Positions 61,890 through 64,000 of a stretch of DNA of 64,000 nt are shown here, piece after piece; positions within the stretch are counted from its first letter, which is position 1; every line of letters begins with the position of its first letter. The translations under genes were made by a program, and so were the position numbers. Source of the DNA: Eledone cirrhosa. Taxonomy: Eukaryota. The stretch spans positions 159,836,001 through 159,900,000 of the forward strand of contig OZ024742.1 of the NCBI GenBank assembly GCA_964016885.1. The letters are read 5' to 3'. The notes beneath the pieces are model-generated. The model was not told the origin of the DNA and ran no database searches. It worked only from the letters and a program-made list of their open reading frames with translations.

Positions 61890-62147
61890 TCTAACGACTC
61901 CATTTATACCATAAACTTGGTCTCGTCTTTGCATGAAATTGTTCTTCTCGGTCCACATAACGACGTATTATCCTCGCTTTTTTTCCGTTCATTACCACGG
62001 AACGTCTTCACGAACCAAAATATCGTCTTCCTGTTTTCCTTCGGCTGCAACGTTTCTCGAAATATTTAATTCTGCGTTCACAGATTGAATTTTTTAGTTT
62101 AAGAAGATCCCGTTAATGTTGAAAGCAGCGATTCTTTGCTTAAACTT
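61890..62147 (+). mobile_element. Diverged copy of the PLE 3' UTR of 4490-4742 with a decayed hammerhead
   Basis: TATCGTCTTCCTG...GCAACGTTT...CAGATTGA...AGTTTAAGAAGATCCCGTTAATGTTGAAAGCAGCGATTCTTTGCTTAAACT. Confidence 0.8.
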
Positions 62148-62599
62148 TCTTTCTTTCTCAACCCCTCTCCCTTTTTTTCTCATACTCCTTCTCTCTCTCA
62201 CTCATACCCCCTCTCCCTCTCTCTCTTCCTCTACAGAATAGAGAACAATAAAGAACGCGCTGATCTCTCTTTCTCTCTCTCTGTCTTTATATATATATGT
62301 GTGTTTGCGTGTGTGTGTGTGTGTGTGTGTGAACCAGCGTTCCTCGCCATTCTCTGTCTCTCTATCTGATTATCTTGTATCTCTCTCTGTATAACGATCT
62401 ATCTCACTCTCTCTCTCTACATCTCCCTTTCTCTCTTTAGATGTATATGTGTGTGATATATATATATATAGAGAGAGAGAGAGTTGCAACATGTATGTCG
62501 TTTCATAGATTTTTTTAGGGTAGTAGTGAGAGGAATTAAGCGTGTAAGAGAGAGGGTTACAGCATGTATTTAGTTTTATCGATTTCTTTTCATTGAAGC

Positions 62600-63345
62600 A
62601 GGAAAGTTTTGGCAAAGTTTATTACACATTGACCAGCCTAGGTAAATTTGGAGCACATTGGGAAAAAAATCATCAAAATCGGTAGAGAAATGTGGAAATG
62701 CATAAAAATCATACACACACACACAGACAGACATCTTCCGTTTTATATATATATATACTAGCAGAAAACCACCCGGTGGGTGGTTTTCTGCTAGTATATA
62801 TATATATATTACACACACAGAAATGTATATATATTTCTGTGTGCATATATATATATATTACACACACAGAAATGTATATATATTTCTGTGTGTATATATA
62901 TATATATATATTACACACACAGAAATGTATATATATTTCTGTGTGTATATATATATATATATATTACACACACAGAAATGTATATATACTTCTGTGTGTG
63001 TATATATATATATATTACACACAGAAATGTATATATGTTTCTGTAGCACTCCTCAATTCCCCCCTCTCTCCCTCCCGCTATCCCCCTCTTGTAGTCTGTC
63101 TCTTTCTTTCACGCTCACTCTCTATCTACGCGTGCGCAAAAAACATTCGCACGCGCGCACGTGTTTTAGCGTCTATTCACTCTCTCTCCCTCTCTCCCTC
63201 CCGCTATCCCCCTCTCGTAGTCTTCTCTTTCTTTCACTCTCACTCTCTCTCTACGCGTGCGCAAAAAACATTCGCACGCGCACACGTGTTTCCACTGTCG
63301 GACAGACAGACAGAGAAATTGCTGGTTACATATTATAAGGAGATT
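62600..63345. mobile_element. Helitron-like (Lep1-like) termini, palindromic minisatellite and an about 110-bp duplication
   Basis: AAAATCGGT...ACAGACAGACA...TTTTATATA; ACTAGCAGAAAACCACCCGGTGGGTGGTTTTCTGCTAGT palindrome at 62757; five ACACAGAAATGTATATATATTTCTGTGT units; GGACAGACAGACAG...TATAAGGAGAT end. Confidence 0.5.
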
Positions 63346-64000
63346 ACATATACATATGTAACTATGTATATCATCATCATCATCCCCATTATATATATAT
63401 ATATAATATGGGCCGAAGCCGAAAAAAATTTTGTTTGGCAGCTCTAATTGCGCCTTAATTTTATTCAAAAAATTGTATACTAACATATTCGAATACCAGG
63501 CACTATTGGAATCAACAATAGCAGCGTCCTGAGGGTCATTACAAAACACAAATTCGCGAGAATTAGTGTTTAAGGCTTGGAAGGTGGTAAAAAAATCCAC
63601 AAAATCTTCCATTCTTTAAAAAAAATAATTTATTTTTAATAATATTTAAATAACTGGCGGTTAGAAAAAAATAATCCTATGAAATTTTAATCATACCATT
63701 AGGTGTGAATAAGGAAATATTTTTTTATTGTCAAAACAAATGTTCAAAAGTTAAACTTCAATTTTTTGAATTATTTCCAATTTTTTCATGAAATTGAACA
63801 CTGGACATGGGCTGCTGGAAATGGAAATTAAATCGTATTTAAATTTCTAACCTTATTTTATTATTTATATTTTTTCAATAAGAAATAAAAAAAAACAACA
63901 AAAAAAATTGAAGAAAAAAATTGAACAAATCAAACGTAGGTTATGGAACTGCGCAATCTGATTAATAAATTACCTCATCAGCAGCAACCTTTTTCAAATG

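Noticed and set aside
63410-63612. Minus-strand ORF start MEDFVDFFTTFQ as a host exon
   Set aside because: No recognisable homology or convincing splice structure, and it runs into simple repeats.

Overview
AT-rich, microsatellite-dense animal genomic DNA. The repeat content (MetaSINE-like and CORE-like tRNA SINEs, RTE LINEs with (GAT)n tails, Penelope-like elements) suggests a mollusc, probably an octopus or other cephalopod; this is inference. The only host gene I can reconstruct is a 5-exon cytosolic sulfotransferase (SULT) on the minus strand (39664-56613). It has canonical GT-AG junctions but a frameshifting deletion in exon 2 that removes the 3'-PB motif. The rest is mobile DNA: four Penelope-like element (PLE) RT/GIY-YIG relics, many short inverted PLE 3' tails inserted into (TA)n, RTE LINEs (one family with a PHD-type finger inside the RT), mariner, Chapaev-like and hAT-like relics, MITEs and Lep1-like Helitron ends. 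By eye I find more than ten type I hammerhead ribozyme motifs, several with non-canonical cores (CAGAAGA, CCGAAGA, CCGAAGGA). The most striking object is a non-coding 615-bp unit present as about 14.3 near-identical tandem copies (5006-13775), with a diverged 617-bp 1.6-copy array in the opposite orientation (970-1973). Both arrays end at the same nucleotide against a (TA)n tract and carry a hammerhead-like motif, so this is a candidate PLE-mobilised retrozyme-like (circular RNA) element. All structures were read by eye; nothing was computed.
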